From the NCBI GenBank assembly GCA_040218735.1, contig JAVJQW010000023.1:96001-160000 (forward strand): a stretch of DNA of 64,000 bases. The letters run 5' to 3'. This stretch comes from Deltaproteobacteria bacterium. Its GTDB lineage: Bacteria; Myxococcota; Kuafuiibacteriia; Kuafuiibacteriales; Kuafuiibacteriaceae. How positions within the stretch are numbered: the first letter of the stretch is position 1; the number at the start of each line of letters is the position of its first letter. Under the pieces are notes generated by a model that saw nothing but the letters and a program-made list of their open reading frames with translations, searched no databases and had not been told where the DNA came from. Below are positions 37,921-47,446 of the stretch, one piece after another. The position numbers and the translations under genes are program-made.

Positions 37921-38454
37921 ATGACGATCAGCAAGACCCCACCCCCGCTCCCCAAGATGCTCGAAAACGGCGCACTGGTCGCGTCCGAAAAAGAGTGTCC
38001 GTGGTGGCCCGAACCGCTGCACGTTGCTCACGCCGTCGAGGTCATCGAGGGCCGCACCGTGCACCGTGGGTCGAACCACCGCCCGGGCGAGCAGGGCGTC
38101 AACCAACTCAACTCGGAGTGGGTCGGTGGCGCGCGCAATCACCTCCTCAACTACGTCATCCCGTTCAGCTCGGGCTCCCACTCCACGAATCGCAGCGCGT
38201 CGCACGGCAACACCGGCCTGGTCTCCGCTGCGCTCACGCGTCTTCGCGACGATCAGGTGGTGCACCAATCCCTTCCGCTGACGGAGGCGATGGAGGACGG
38301 ACTCGCACGCGACCAGCGCGACGTCATGGCGGCGGTCGCGCTCCTCGTCGCCGTCGACGAGCGCACGCGGACCACGACGTTCTACCCGGACACGTTCGAG
38401 AAGGCGGACCCGAAGGTCGACGTCGCCAAGATCGAGAAACCGGCCGCAAATTAG
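37921..38454 (+). CDS. Hypothetical protein
   Basis: GGAG RBS, GC3-rich codons, no recognisable motif. Confidence 0.6.
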   Translation: MTISKTPPPLPKMLENGALVASEKECPWWPEPLHVAHAVEVIEGRTVHRGSNHRPGEQGVNQLNSEWVGGARNHLLNYVIPFSSGSHSTNRSASHGNTGLVSAALTRLRDDQVVHQSLPLTEAMEDGLARDQRDVMAAVALLVAVDERTRTTTFYPDTFEKADPKVDVAKIEKPAAN

Positions 38455-38476
38455 CGTCGGATCGACCGAGACCGCC

Positions 38477-40885
38477 TCACCGCACGGGCGCGAAGAACCG
38501 AAGCGTGGGTTCGCGCGACGCATTGCACACGACCGCGAGCTCCGTCGCGCCGTCGCCGTCGAAGTCCCCCGCGGCAAAGTCCTCCAGCGGCGTACAGTTG
38601 TCGCTGCGCGCCACGTTGCAGTCCTCGACGACGACGCCGCGTTCGACCTCGCCGAGCGCCGCGTTGCTCGCGCCGAGCCAGACGTGGATCTCGCCGCTCG
38701 CGCGGTAGAGCACCGCCGCGTCGAGGTGACGATCGGCGTTGAAGTCCCCGAGCTGGACGCGCTGCGGATCCACGGGCAGCGCCCTCCCCTCGAAGGCCCG
38801 CGGGGAGAGTTGCAGCCCATCTTCGCTCGAGTCACGCGCGGAACCGTACAGGACGCGAATCACCCCCGGGTCGTCCGGGCCGCTCCCGCCGACGTTGAGC
38901 TCTGCGACCGAGAAGACGTCGTCGTAGGTGTTGCAGCTCGGGTCGCCGAGGGCGCAGGAGAACGCACCGCTCGCCAAGTCGCGCACGGACATCGCGTCAC
39001 CGAGCGGCTCGGTGCCGCCGCACTGTAGCGACGAGCGACCGTTGGCGAGGCGACGCCCGTACTTCAGGACGCTCCCCCCGAGACCGCCGATGAAGAGATC
39101 CGGCACCGTCGGGTTCGGCGCGTCGCCCCCGAACGCACCAAGCGCGATCGCGCGCGGCTCCGCGCCGTAGCGTCCGCACTCACACGTATCGAGACCAAAG
39201 AGCGCGCCCGGCGCCGCGCGCGACGTCAGGTGGAGCAACACCTCCGGCCCGGACTCGGACGCGACGGTGAGATCCGCGAGGCCGTCATCGTCACGGTCGC
39301 GCGCGACGATGTCGACGCGCGTCCTGAAGCGGACCGCGTCGATCTCACACACGCACCCCGCCGGTCCCGGACACATCGCAGCGGTCGCGTCCTCTTCGAC
39401 GCAGACACCCTCGTAGCAGATCTCCCCCGACGCACACGCGCCGGGATCACAGGCCGCGTTCGAACCACAGAACCAACCCGAGCAAAGCGTCGGGAGCGCA
39501 CCCGTCGCGCCGTCGTGCGGAACCAACGTGCCGTCCACGAGCTCGAAGACGTAGACGCGGAGCGTCGAGTCCTCGGCGTCGCGCCCCGTCGTGGCGACGG
39601 CGACCATCGGACGCGCCGCGGGGCGACCGACCGCGGTGGCTTCTTCGTAGTGGAAGCCGTGCACCGCCACTGCGGTCCGATCCGGGAGCGCCTGCACGAT
39701 CGGCTGCGCACGCGCGGGGTGCCACAGCTCCAGACGTGCGCTGATCGTGTCGTCGCGGACGATGGCGACCTGGTCACAAGCGTCGACATCGCCCGCGGCG
39801 CACGCAGCCGGATCCCCAGGGAGGACGCTCGACGACGCGGGCGTGAACCCATCGCCCAGCGGGACGTCCGACGTACACGCGAACGACTCGATCGAATCCA
39901 CGCACGTCATCGCGTACTCGACAGGGGGCGTGGTCCGACCGAGCACCTGCGCGGTGACGTGCACTTCGCTCTCGCAAGCGTCGAGATCGATCGGGGCCTC
40001 GGCGCGCCCTTGGCCGTCGGTGAGCACGATCTGCCGGAGCGGGCCCGCCGCGCCATTCGCCTGTTCCACGGTGAAGAGGATCGGGACGTTCGAGAGATCG
40101 TCGCACTCCACGATCGACTGCTCGCAGCTGAAGCAACCGCTCATGCCCCCGGGCTGATCTTCGCAGCGCAACGCCGACAAACAGACGGCGGGTCCCGGCG
40201 CGAGGCGTTGGTTCTTCGCGCCGGCGAGGGTGCCGCGCCCGTCGCACGGCGCAAGGACGAACGCGTCCGGCGCGACGGGTTCGAGGTTCACGACCCGCAC
40301 TGCGTCCTGAGGATCGGAGAGGAGCTGACACGCATCCTTCACCGCGCGGTCGAGTTGGCCATTCAGGTGCGAAGCCTCCTTCGTCCGCAGACACAACGTC
40401 CCCGCGAGGAGCGTCGCGGTGACATTCGAAGCCCGCGCGTCGGGCCTGCGTGCGTCTCCGCGCGCCTCGACGTAGAGCATCGTCGCGCCCCACGGGTTGT
40501 TCGGGTTCGTCTCGTCCGGCTTGCCGAGCTCCAGGTTCCACTTCGCGTCTTCGAACGGATACGGCTGTCGGTTCCGGAAGCGCAGCACGGTGTCGAGGTT
40601 CGGTGACGTCTCGATCGTCTCGGGGTCGATGTGGCGCACCGGCGGGAAGACGCCGACCGACCGCCCCTCGACGAACTTGGGCACCGACGCGCCCTCCACG
40701 ATCTTCAGCGGGACGAACGCGGTCACCGCGATCTCCGAGGTCGCCGCGGTCGCCGCCTCCGAGGGGAAGGTGATCGACAGCTCACCTTCGACGTCGCTGC
40801 ACGCGACCCAGAACATGGCGAAGATCACGACGGCGCTCTGAGCTCGCACGACCCGAATTCTAGAGTCGACGACAGGGGCGGTCAC
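38477..40885 (-). CDS. Cys-rich lipoprotein with FG-GAP/VCBS-type repeats
   Basis: WVAC lipobox; DRDDDGLADL, GDFNADRHLD, GDFDGDGATEL; start uncertain. Confidence 0.72.
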   Translation of the reverse strand: MTAPVVDSRIRVVRAQSAVVIFAMFWVACSDVEGELSITFPSEAATAATSEIAVTAFVPLKIVEGASVPKFVEGRSVGVFPPVRHIDPETIETSPNLDTVLRFRNRQPYPFEDAKWNLELGKPDETNPNNPWGATMLYVEARGDARRPDARASNVTATLLAGTLCLRTKEASHLNGQLDRAVKDACQLLSDPQDAVRVVNLEPVAPDAFVLAPCDGRGTLAGAKNQRLAPGPAVCLSALRCEDQPGGMSGCFSCEQSIVECDDLSNVPILFTVEQANGAAGPLRQIVLTDGQGRAEAPIDLDACESEVHVTAQVLGRTTPPVEYAMTCVDSIESFACTSDVPLGDGFTPASSSVLPGDPAACAAGDVDACDQVAIVRDDTISARLELWHPARAQPIVQALPDRTAVAVHGFHYEEATAVGRPAARPMVAVATTGRDAEDSTLRVYVFELVDGTLVPHDGATGALPTLCSGWFCGSNAACDPGACASGEICYEGVCVEEDATAAMCPGPAGCVCEIDAVRFRTRVDIVARDRDDDGLADLTVASESGPEVLLHLTSRAAPGALFGLDTCECGRYGAEPRAIALGAFGGDAPNPTVPDLFIGGLGGSVLKYGRRLANGRSSLQCGGTEPLGDAMSVRDLASGAFSCALGDPSCNTYDDVFSVAELNVGGSGPDDPGVIRVLYGSARDSSEDGLQLSPRAFEGRALPVDPQRVQLGDFNADRHLDAAVLYRASGEIHVWLGASNAALGEVERGVVVEDCNVARSDNCTPLEDFAAGDFDGDGATELAVVCNASREPTLRFFAPVR

Positions 40886-41030
40886 GCCCCGTCATCCCAC
40901 CACGTCGCGAAGAGATGATTCCGTGCTTGACGCAAACACCGTGAACGGCGGGAGGAGCACGAGCTCCTGCGCCGCGGTCGAGGCGCGCCTCGGTTGCCGC
41001 TGGAGACGGTGCGTGCTGATCTGCTCGGAC

Positions 41031-42392
41031 ATGGAATCGATCAACCCCGCGACCGGGAAGACTATCCAGACCTATCCCGTGATGAGCGACGACGAGGTCA
41101 ACCGCCGCGTCGCCGCCGCCCAAAGCGCGCAGCGCGTGTGGCGCACCACCACCCTCGCCGAACGCACGAAGCTCCTGACTCGGCTGGGCGAGACGCTGAA
41201 GGCCAACCGCGATCGCTTCGCGGATCTCATGGCCGCCGAGATGGGTAAGCCGCGCGCGCAAGGGCTCGCGGAGGTCGACAAGTGCGCGCTCGCTTGTGAC
41301 TACTACGCCGAGAAGGCCGACGAGCTGCTCGCGCCCGAGGCCATCAGCTCCGACGCTTCGCTGTCGAAGGTGAGCTTCCAACCCATCGGGACGATCCTGT
41401 CGATCATGCCGTGGAACTTTCCGTTCTGGCAGTTCATGCGTTTCGCCGCGCCCGCGCTCGCCGCTGGCAACGCGATCGTCCTGAAACACGCGTCCCGCGT
41501 GAGCGGATGCGCGCTCGCGATCGAAGACACGGTGAAGCAGGCCGGCTTCCCGGAAGACATCGTGCGCACGCTCCTCATCCCCGGCGCGAGGGCGGAGAAA
41601 CTCATCGCGGATCCGCGCATCGCGATGGTGACGTTCACCGGAAGCTCCGACGTCGGCAAACGCATCGGCGCCGCCGCGGGCGGCGCGCTCAAGAAGTGTG
41701 TGCTCGAGCTCGGCGGGAGCGATCCCTATGTCGTCCTGTCCGACGCCGACCTCGACAACGCCGCCGACGCCTGCGCGACGAGCCGCCTGATCAACAACGG
41801 TCAGAGCTGCATCGGCGCGAAGCGTTTCATCGTCGTCGCCGAGCATCGCGCTGCGTTCGAAGAGCGCGTCGCCGCGAAGCTCGCCGCCGCCACGATGGGT
41901 GATCCGATGAACGACGACACGAAGCTCGGCCCGCTCGTCGGCGTCCCGGCGCGCGACGAGCTGCACGCGCAAGTCACGAAGAGCGTCGAGGCCGGCGCAC
42001 GCATCGTCGTCGGCGGCGAGGTCCCCGACCGCGATGGCGCGTGGTACCCCGCGACGCTCCTCGCCGATGTGAAGCCCGGGATGCCCGCGTACCACGAAGA
42101 GCTGTTCGGCCCGGTCGCCGCGCTGATCGAAGCGAAGGACGACGCCGACGCGCTCCGCATCGCGAACGACACCCCGTTCGGCCTCGGGGCCGCGGTCTTC
42201 ACGAAGGACACGACCCGAGGCGAGAAGATCGCCGAGTACGACCTCGACGCCGGCTGCTGCTTCGTGAATACGTTCGTCCGCTCCGACCCGCGGCTCCCGT
42301 TCGGCGGCGTGAAGGAGTCCGGATTCGGGCGCGAGCTGGGCCCCTACGGCATCAAGGAGCTCGTGAACATCAAGACGGTCTACGTGGCCTGA
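41031..42392 (+). CDS. NAD(P)-dependent succinate-semialdehyde dehydrogenase (Sad/GabD1-like)
   Basis: SINPATG; IMPWNFPFWQ; FTGS; LELGGSDP; GQSCI; EELFGP; PFGGVKESG. Confidence 0.92.
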   Translation: MESINPATGKTIQTYPVMSDDEVNRRVAAAQSAQRVWRTTTLAERTKLLTRLGETLKANRDRFADLMAAEMGKPRAQGLAEVDKCALACDYYAEKADELLAPEAISSDASLSKVSFQPIGTILSIMPWNFPFWQFMRFAAPALAAGNAIVLKHASRVSGCALAIEDTVKQAGFPEDIVRTLLIPGARAEKLIADPRIAMVTFTGSSDVGKRIGAAAGGALKKCVLELGGSDPYVVLSDADLDNAADACATSRLINNGQSCIGAKRFIVVAEHRAAFEERVAAKLAAATMGDPMNDDTKLGPLVGVPARDELHAQVTKSVEAGARIVVGGEVPDRDGAWYPATLLADVKPGMPAYHEELFGPVAALIEAKDDADALRIANDTPFGLGAAVFTKDTTRGEKIAEYDLDAGCCFVNTFVRSDPRLPFGGVKESGFGRELGPYGIKELVNIKTVYVA

Positions 42393-42546
42393 TCCGGCGC
42401 GACGGGAAGATAGGTGCGGAGGCCGAGCTCGAGGGGGGACCGACCCAGCCCCCGCACCGATTGGGACGGGCTCCAGCCTACGGGTCTCGGCCTGGGATTC
42501 AAGGTGAGAACACGTCGGTGCAATGGCGGGGACGTGCGCAAGCCCG

Positions 42547-43809
42547 TCAGCGCAGGATCCAGTCCCGCGGTGAGAGGCCGTCGCGCGCCGCTGCGAGGTC
42601 CGTGTTCGGATCCACGAGGGGCGCACTCGGGCGCCCGTGCGTCGACACGTACGCCTCCGCCCGCACCTCGACGCCCGTGAGCCCACGTGCGGTGAAGTCG
42701 TCGCGGATGTGCCGCGCGAGCTGACGGATCATGTCGGGTTCGGTCGCGAACATCTTCGTCTGGATCTCGGAGAGGTAGTCGCGCGGGTAGGCTTCCCAAC
42801 GTCGGCCGGTGTCATCGGTGACGTGAAAGACGACGAACCCCGCCTTCTCCTTGAGCATGACTCGCCACGCGAAGCGGCTCGCCTCCTCGGTGCGCCCGGC
42901 GTCGCCCGGGTAGAGGTGGTGGCGGAGCGGCATCAGGACCTGCACGGCGAAGTACACCCCGAGCAACGTGACGGGCACACGCGCTCGAGTGTCGCGACGC
43001 ACCGGTGGCTTCACGCGACGCGGCCAGCTCGGCGCGAAGAACAGCGTCGCGTTCACCATCATGAGCCACGGGAAGAGGCCGAGGTTGAACATCGCGATCG
43101 TGAGGACGTGGAACACGACGACGACCGCGAACGCGTAGGGCCGCGACCGACGCCACAACAACCAGCCGACGATCGTGAGATCGAAGAACGCCGCGCCCCA
43201 GCTCGCGACGTACGGCACCCAAGACCAAGCGAGCATCGGACCGATCACCGGGAGATCCGAGTTGGCCGCGAACCAGATCGTCAGCGGCTGCGCGTCGAAC
43301 AACCACTCTGCGTCGAGCTTGGCGACACCCGCGAAGAAGTACACGAGCCCGACCTGCGCGCGCAGCGTCCACAACACCCACCCCGGGACCTCCGCGGGTC
43401 CATCGCGGCGCTTCAACGTGAAGGCGCGGTCGAGCGGGAGGAAGATGCCGAGGAACGCGATGAGGCTGACGAGGTAGTAGTGGTTCAGGTAGTTCGCCGC
43501 GTCGATCAGCTCGACGTACGTGAACAGCAGGAAGAACGCCGCCATCGCGACGCGGTAGTAGACGCCGGCCGCGACGAGCAGCGCCGCCACCGCCATCGCC
43601 GCGAACACCGCGTACATCCCGGCCGGTGGGAGCGGACGCACCCACGCGAAGCCGTAGTACGTGAAGTGCATCGACGGCTGGATGTAGAGCGCTTCGATCC
43701 AGCCGTTGAGCCAGAACCGAATCACCCCGGCGAACATCAGCAGCCCGAACGCAACGCGGTACAGGCCGATCGACGCGGCGTCGACGGCGGACTCGAGGCG
43801 CTGCAACAT
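42547..43809 (-). CDS. HTTM-domain / vitamin K-dependent gamma-carboxylase-like membrane protein
   Basis: YLNHYYL; YFFAGVAKLDAEWL; LMPLRHHLYPG; RFAWRVMLKEK; PDMIRQLA. Confidence 0.88.
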   Translation of the reverse strand: MLQRLESAVDAASIGLYRVAFGLLMFAGVIRFWLNGWIEALYIQPSMHFTYYGFAWVRPLPPAGMYAVFAAMAVAALLVAAGVYYRVAMAAFFLLFTYVELIDAANYLNHYYLVSLIAFLGIFLPLDRAFTLKRRDGPAEVPGWVLWTLRAQVGLVYFFAGVAKLDAEWLFDAQPLTIWFAANSDLPVIGPMLAWSWVPYVASWGAAFFDLTIVGWLLWRRSRPYAFAVVVVFHVLTIAMFNLGLFPWLMMVNATLFFAPSWPRRVKPPVRRDTRARVPVTLLGVYFAVQVLMPLRHHLYPGDAGRTEEASRFAWRVMLKEKAGFVVFHVTDDTGRRWEAYPRDYLSEIQTKMFATEPDMIRQLARHIRDDFTARGLTGVEVRAEAYVSTHGRPSAPLVDPNTDLAAARDGLSPRDWILR

Positions 43810-43817
43810 CGCCGGAG

Positions 43818-44867
43818 TCAGTCTCCGTCGTTGTCCGAGAACGTCGTCGTAACGCCGAGCTGGCTCGCGAGGTCCGCGGCGACCAGACGGAGCAGCGCGC
43901 GCAACGCGATGAACGCATCCTCCACGAGCGTGGGGCTGTCGACGATCGCCGAGGAGAGCGGCTCCGGCACCCGGTCCAACGCCGCGCGCGAGGCGGCGAT
44001 CTGGCCGAGGATGCGCTGATCGAGCGTGGGGTTCGCGCCGGCGACCAGCGCCTCGATGCCGCCGCTCTCGTTCGATCCGTAGTCGCCGGTGTAGACCGCG
44101 GCGACGCCTTCGAGACCCGCGCGTACGTCGGCGAGCGCCGCGCCGCTGCGTCGGACTTCGATCGCGTCGAGCTGCGGCACGCCGCCGTCACGACGACCGA
44201 GCGGGAGCGCGAGCCGCTCGCCTTCGAGTAGCTGAAGGACCTCGATGACGGAGTTGACGAGATCGTCGACCGCCATCGACCCCTCCGCCGCGAACTCCGT
44301 GCGGTAGCCCTCGCCCTTCCAGGCGTCGGCGAGGCGATTCGACTGCGTGACGAGGTCGACCGCGAGCGCGTCGATGTAGAGGCAGCGTCGACTAGGCTCG
44401 GCGTCCCCGAGCTCCGACGCGACGTCACCTTCCCACAGCAGATACTCCAGCACCGGGAGGCCGCGCGCGGCGACGCCGAGGCCCGAGATGTACGTGGCGT
44501 CGATCGGTGCGTCGCCGTTCAGGACCTCGAGCAGATCGTCTTCGCGCAGCGGCAGGAACTCGACGGCGTTCTTGATGCGCAGGTCGCGCACGGGACCGAG
44601 CTCGTACGCCTCCGCGATCCTCCAGGGCCGGCGCACGTCCTTCCACGCGATGCGCGCGGCGTCGAGCGCGGTCGAGGTGCGGGTCTCGCAGAGCGTCGAG
44701 GTCGCGCGTTCGAGCTCCAACGCTTCGGCGGCGAGGTCGTCGTAGCTCGGGATGATGACGGCGTCCGCGAGCTCGAGGACGAGGGATTCACGATCGACGG
44801 AGGACTGCGTGACGGGATCCGAGCACCCCGCGACCAGGACGACGATGAGCGGCGCGAGCTTTCTCAC
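43818..44867 (-). CDS. Imelysin-family (M75-like) lipoprotein
   Basis: LVAGC lipobox; ARIAW; RGLPVLEYLLW; C-terminal FSDNDGD. Confidence 0.85.
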   Translation of the reverse strand: MRKLAPLIVVLVAGCSDPVTQSSVDRESLVLELADAVIIPSYDDLAAEALELERATSTLCETRTSTALDAARIAWKDVRRPWRIAEAYELGPVRDLRIKNAVEFLPLREDDLLEVLNGDAPIDATYISGLGVAARGLPVLEYLLWEGDVASELGDAEPSRRCLYIDALAVDLVTQSNRLADAWKGEGYRTEFAAEGSMAVDDLVNSVIEVLQLLEGERLALPLGRRDGGVPQLDAIEVRRSGAALADVRAGLEGVAAVYTGDYGSNESGGIEALVAGANPTLDQRILGQIAASRAALDRVPEPLSSAIVDSPTLVEDAFIALRALLRLVAADLASQLGVTTTFSDNDGD

Positions 44868-46219
44868 AGCGACCCCAAGAAGGACACGATCGCGGCGCGG
44901 TCGTCGACACCGAGGTTGCGGAACACCTCCTTGGAAGTTTCCGCCTCGCCGCCGTGCCAGAGGATCGCCTCTTCGAACGTCGCCGCGCGCCCGTCGTGCA
45001 GCAGCTTGGTGTGGCGGTTCACGGTCTCGAGCAGGCCGATCCCCCACAGCGGCGGCGTGCGCCACTCGGTCCCCGACGCCATCGCCTCGGGGCGGTCGTC
45101 CGCGAGGCCCGGTCCCATGTCGTGGAGCAAGAGGTCCGAGTAGGGGTGGATCGTTTGGCCGGCGAGGACCGCGAAGTCGGCGTCTTCGTGGGTCGTCAGC
45201 GTCGCGACGTGGCAGGCCGCGCATCCTGCCTCGGTGAAGAGCGCTTCGCCGCGGAGGACCTGCGGGTCGTCGACGTCACGCCGCGCCGGGACCGCGAGGA
45301 GCCGACCGTAGTCGGTGACGTTGTCGAGGATGACGTCGAGGAGCTCCGGGTCTCCGCCGGAGATCGCATCGCTACACGGCGCCTGCGCGGCCGTGCACTC
45401 GCCGTCCGCGAAGAGCGACGACGTGATGCCGATGTCCCCGAGGAACGCGGCCGCCGACTGCTGGCGAATCGTCGGCTGCCCGCCCTTCCACCCGAAGCGT
45501 CCGAGCGCCATCGTGTCACGTTCACGATCGTAGGCGACGTTGGCGCGGCCCGAGATGCCGTCGCCGTCGGCGTCGTCCGGATCTTCGAGCGCGTAGATGT
45601 CTTCGGCCGGGACCGCTTCGAGCAACCCGAGCCCGTACACGACCGGCGCGACGCGTGGGCTCACGAGCACGTCGTCCGCGAGCGGGCCGTAGCCGAGCGC
45701 GTCGATCGTGAAGGTCGGCTTCTGCAGCGTGTACGCCGTCCCGTCTCCGTAGGTGCCGTCGGTCGTCTCGTACGCGACCACGGGTGTCCCCTCCGCGGGC
45801 ACGCCGAGCACCGCGTACGGCTGGAGCTGTCCGCCGTACGTCGGCTCGGGTTCGCCGCTCGATACACTCAAGCGAAGGAGCATCGTCTCCATCGGCTCGC
45901 CGAGCGCGGGGGGCTGCCCGCGGCCGTCGCGGACGTGGCACTGCTCGCAGGAGCGTGCGTTGAACAGCGGCCCGAGGCCGTCGCGCGTTTCGGTGGAAGC
46001 GGGCGCGGTCACCCACGGGTCGCGGAAGAGTGCACGCCCTTTGAAGAACGTGCGCTCCGCGTCGCGTTCGAGGCCGGGTGCGTTGCGTGAGTAGGCGTCG
46101 GGCCCGTCGTCGAACACCGTGGCGGCCCCACCGGAGTAGGGATCCGCGGCGGCGGGCGCAGCGGGTTCTTCACCGCTGCACGCGCCGACGAGCAGGAGGA
46201 GCCCGAGCGCCCGTCGCAT
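44864..46219 (-). CDS. Di-heme oxidoreductase (DHOR/DUF1111) lipoprotein
   Basis: GLGPLFNARSCEQCH; GRFGWK; GCAACH; PYSDLLLHDMG; WRTPPLWG; LHDGRA. Confidence 0.92.
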   Translation of the reverse strand: MRRALGLLLLVGACSGEEPAAPAAADPYSGGAATVFDDGPDAYSRNAPGLERDAERTFFKGRALFRDPWVTAPASTETRDGLGPLFNARSCEQCHVRDGRGQPPALGEPMETMLLRLSVSSGEPEPTYGGQLQPYAVLGVPAEGTPVVAYETTDGTYGDGTAYTLQKPTFTIDALGYGPLADDVLVSPRVAPVVYGLGLLEAVPAEDIYALEDPDDADGDGISGRANVAYDRERDTMALGRFGWKGGQPTIRQQSAAAFLGDIGITSSLFADGECTAAQAPCSDAISGGDPELLDVILDNVTDYGRLLAVPARRDVDDPQVLRGEALFTEAGCAACHVATLTTHEDADFAVLAGQTIHPYSDLLLHDMGPGLADDRPEAMASGTEWRTPPLWGIGLLETVNRHTKLLHDGRAATFEEAILWHGGEAETSKEVFRNLGVDDRAAIVSFLGSL

Positions 46220-46224
46220 CCCGA

Positions 46225-47430
46225 CTACTCCGGCAGCTCGACGCTGATGTTGCCGAGGCCCAGCGCCGGACCGATCTCGGCGATCTTGTCGCCCTGGTCG
46301 AAGAGCAGGTTCACGGCGTCGCTGACCTTCGTCCAATCGGCCGAATCGCGCGTGACGATCGCCTGATCGAACGGCACCGGGATCCCGTCCACCGCGGCCT
46401 GGGTGGCCGACAGCGCCGCGTCGAGATCCGCCCCGAGCGTCGCGTCCGCCTCCGTCACGAGGTCGAGGATGCTCGCCCCCGACGTGCCCGCCCAGTTGCC
46501 GCGCAGCACGTTGTCGACGCCCATCGCGTTCATCTGAATGTCGACGTGGGTGTTGTCGCTGAAGCACGAGTGCTCGTCCTCCTGGTCGTTGGTGTCGAGC
46601 GCGACGTCCATCCGCTCGGCCGCCAGCTCACCCTTGCTCAGGATACCCACGGCGCCAATGATCTTCTTGAGGCTCTCGTCCGGGTCCGCGGCCTCGAAGT
46701 CCGCGCGGTAGTTCGCAGCGTCGGGGGCCCATGCGTCGACCATGGCCGTGAGGTCGTCGATCAGCAGCTCGGTGACCGCGACGAGGTACTGGCCGCGGCG
46801 ATCGCCGTTCGGCGCGGTGGCGTTCGCGTCGGTGAGGAAGTCGGTGTACGCGCGCTGCCCAGGGCCGTTGGCGTTGCGGTCCTGCCCCCAGAGGAGGAAC
46901 TCGATCGCGTGGTACCCGGTGGACACCGCCGCCTCCGCGTCGAAGGCGCCGCCGTCGCGCATCACGACGTCACCCTCGCCGCCCTCGTTCAGCGAGGAGA
47001 GGCGCGCCTTGCTGATGTCGATGCTCGTGTCGTTGACGATGCCCGCGAGCGTGGAGCCTTCGACGTAGTCGATGTACGCCTCGTCGAGCGGCCACGCGTT
47101 GAGCTGGCCCTCGGGGCCGTCCGTCGGGTTGTCGATCGGGCCGTCGTAGAAGCGGTAGGCCTCGGTCTGACCGTACGGGACGCGGGCGTCGAGCCACGCC
47201 TGCTTCGCGGCCATGTGCGTGGCCTCGCTCGGCGCGGCGACGAACGCGTCGATCGCGACCTTCATCGCCTGTGCGGTCGTGAGCGACGCCGAGTAGGAGG
47301 TGTGCACCACCTCCGCGTAGCGTGCGATGACCGCCTGGCGCGACGTGCCGACGTTGTCGTCGTCGTCGTCCCCGCCGCTGCAGGCGACGAGCGTGAGGGG
47401 GAGGATGTAGAGGAGCTTCTTTTGCAGCAT
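46225..47430 (-). CDS. Iron-regulated imelysin-family lipoprotein (IrpA/LruB-like)
   Basis: LVAC lipobox; QTEAYRF; LNAWPLDE; TGYHAIEFLLWGQD; EDEHSCFSDNT. Confidence 0.92.
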   Translation of the reverse strand: MLQKKLLYILPLTLVACSGGDDDDDNVGTSRQAVIARYAEVVHTSYSASLTTAQAMKVAIDAFVAAPSEATHMAAKQAWLDARVPYGQTEAYRFYDGPIDNPTDGPEGQLNAWPLDEAYIDYVEGSTLAGIVNDTSIDISKARLSSLNEGGEGDVVMRDGGAFDAEAAVSTGYHAIEFLLWGQDRNANGPGQRAYTDFLTDANATAPNGDRRGQYLVAVTELLIDDLTAMVDAWAPDAANYRADFEAADPDESLKKIIGAVGILSKGELAAERMDVALDTNDQEDEHSCFSDNTHVDIQMNAMGVDNVLRGNWAGTSGASILDLVTEADATLGADLDAALSATQAAVDGIPVPFDQAIVTRDSADWTKVSDAVNLLFDQGDKIAEIGPALGLGNISVELPE

Positions 47431-47446
47431 GGAGTTTCTTCCTTCT

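Noticed and set aside
42393-42546. tRNA (including tRNA-Sec) or tmRNA
   Set aside because: No GTTCRA T-loop, cloverleaf or CCA end on either strand.
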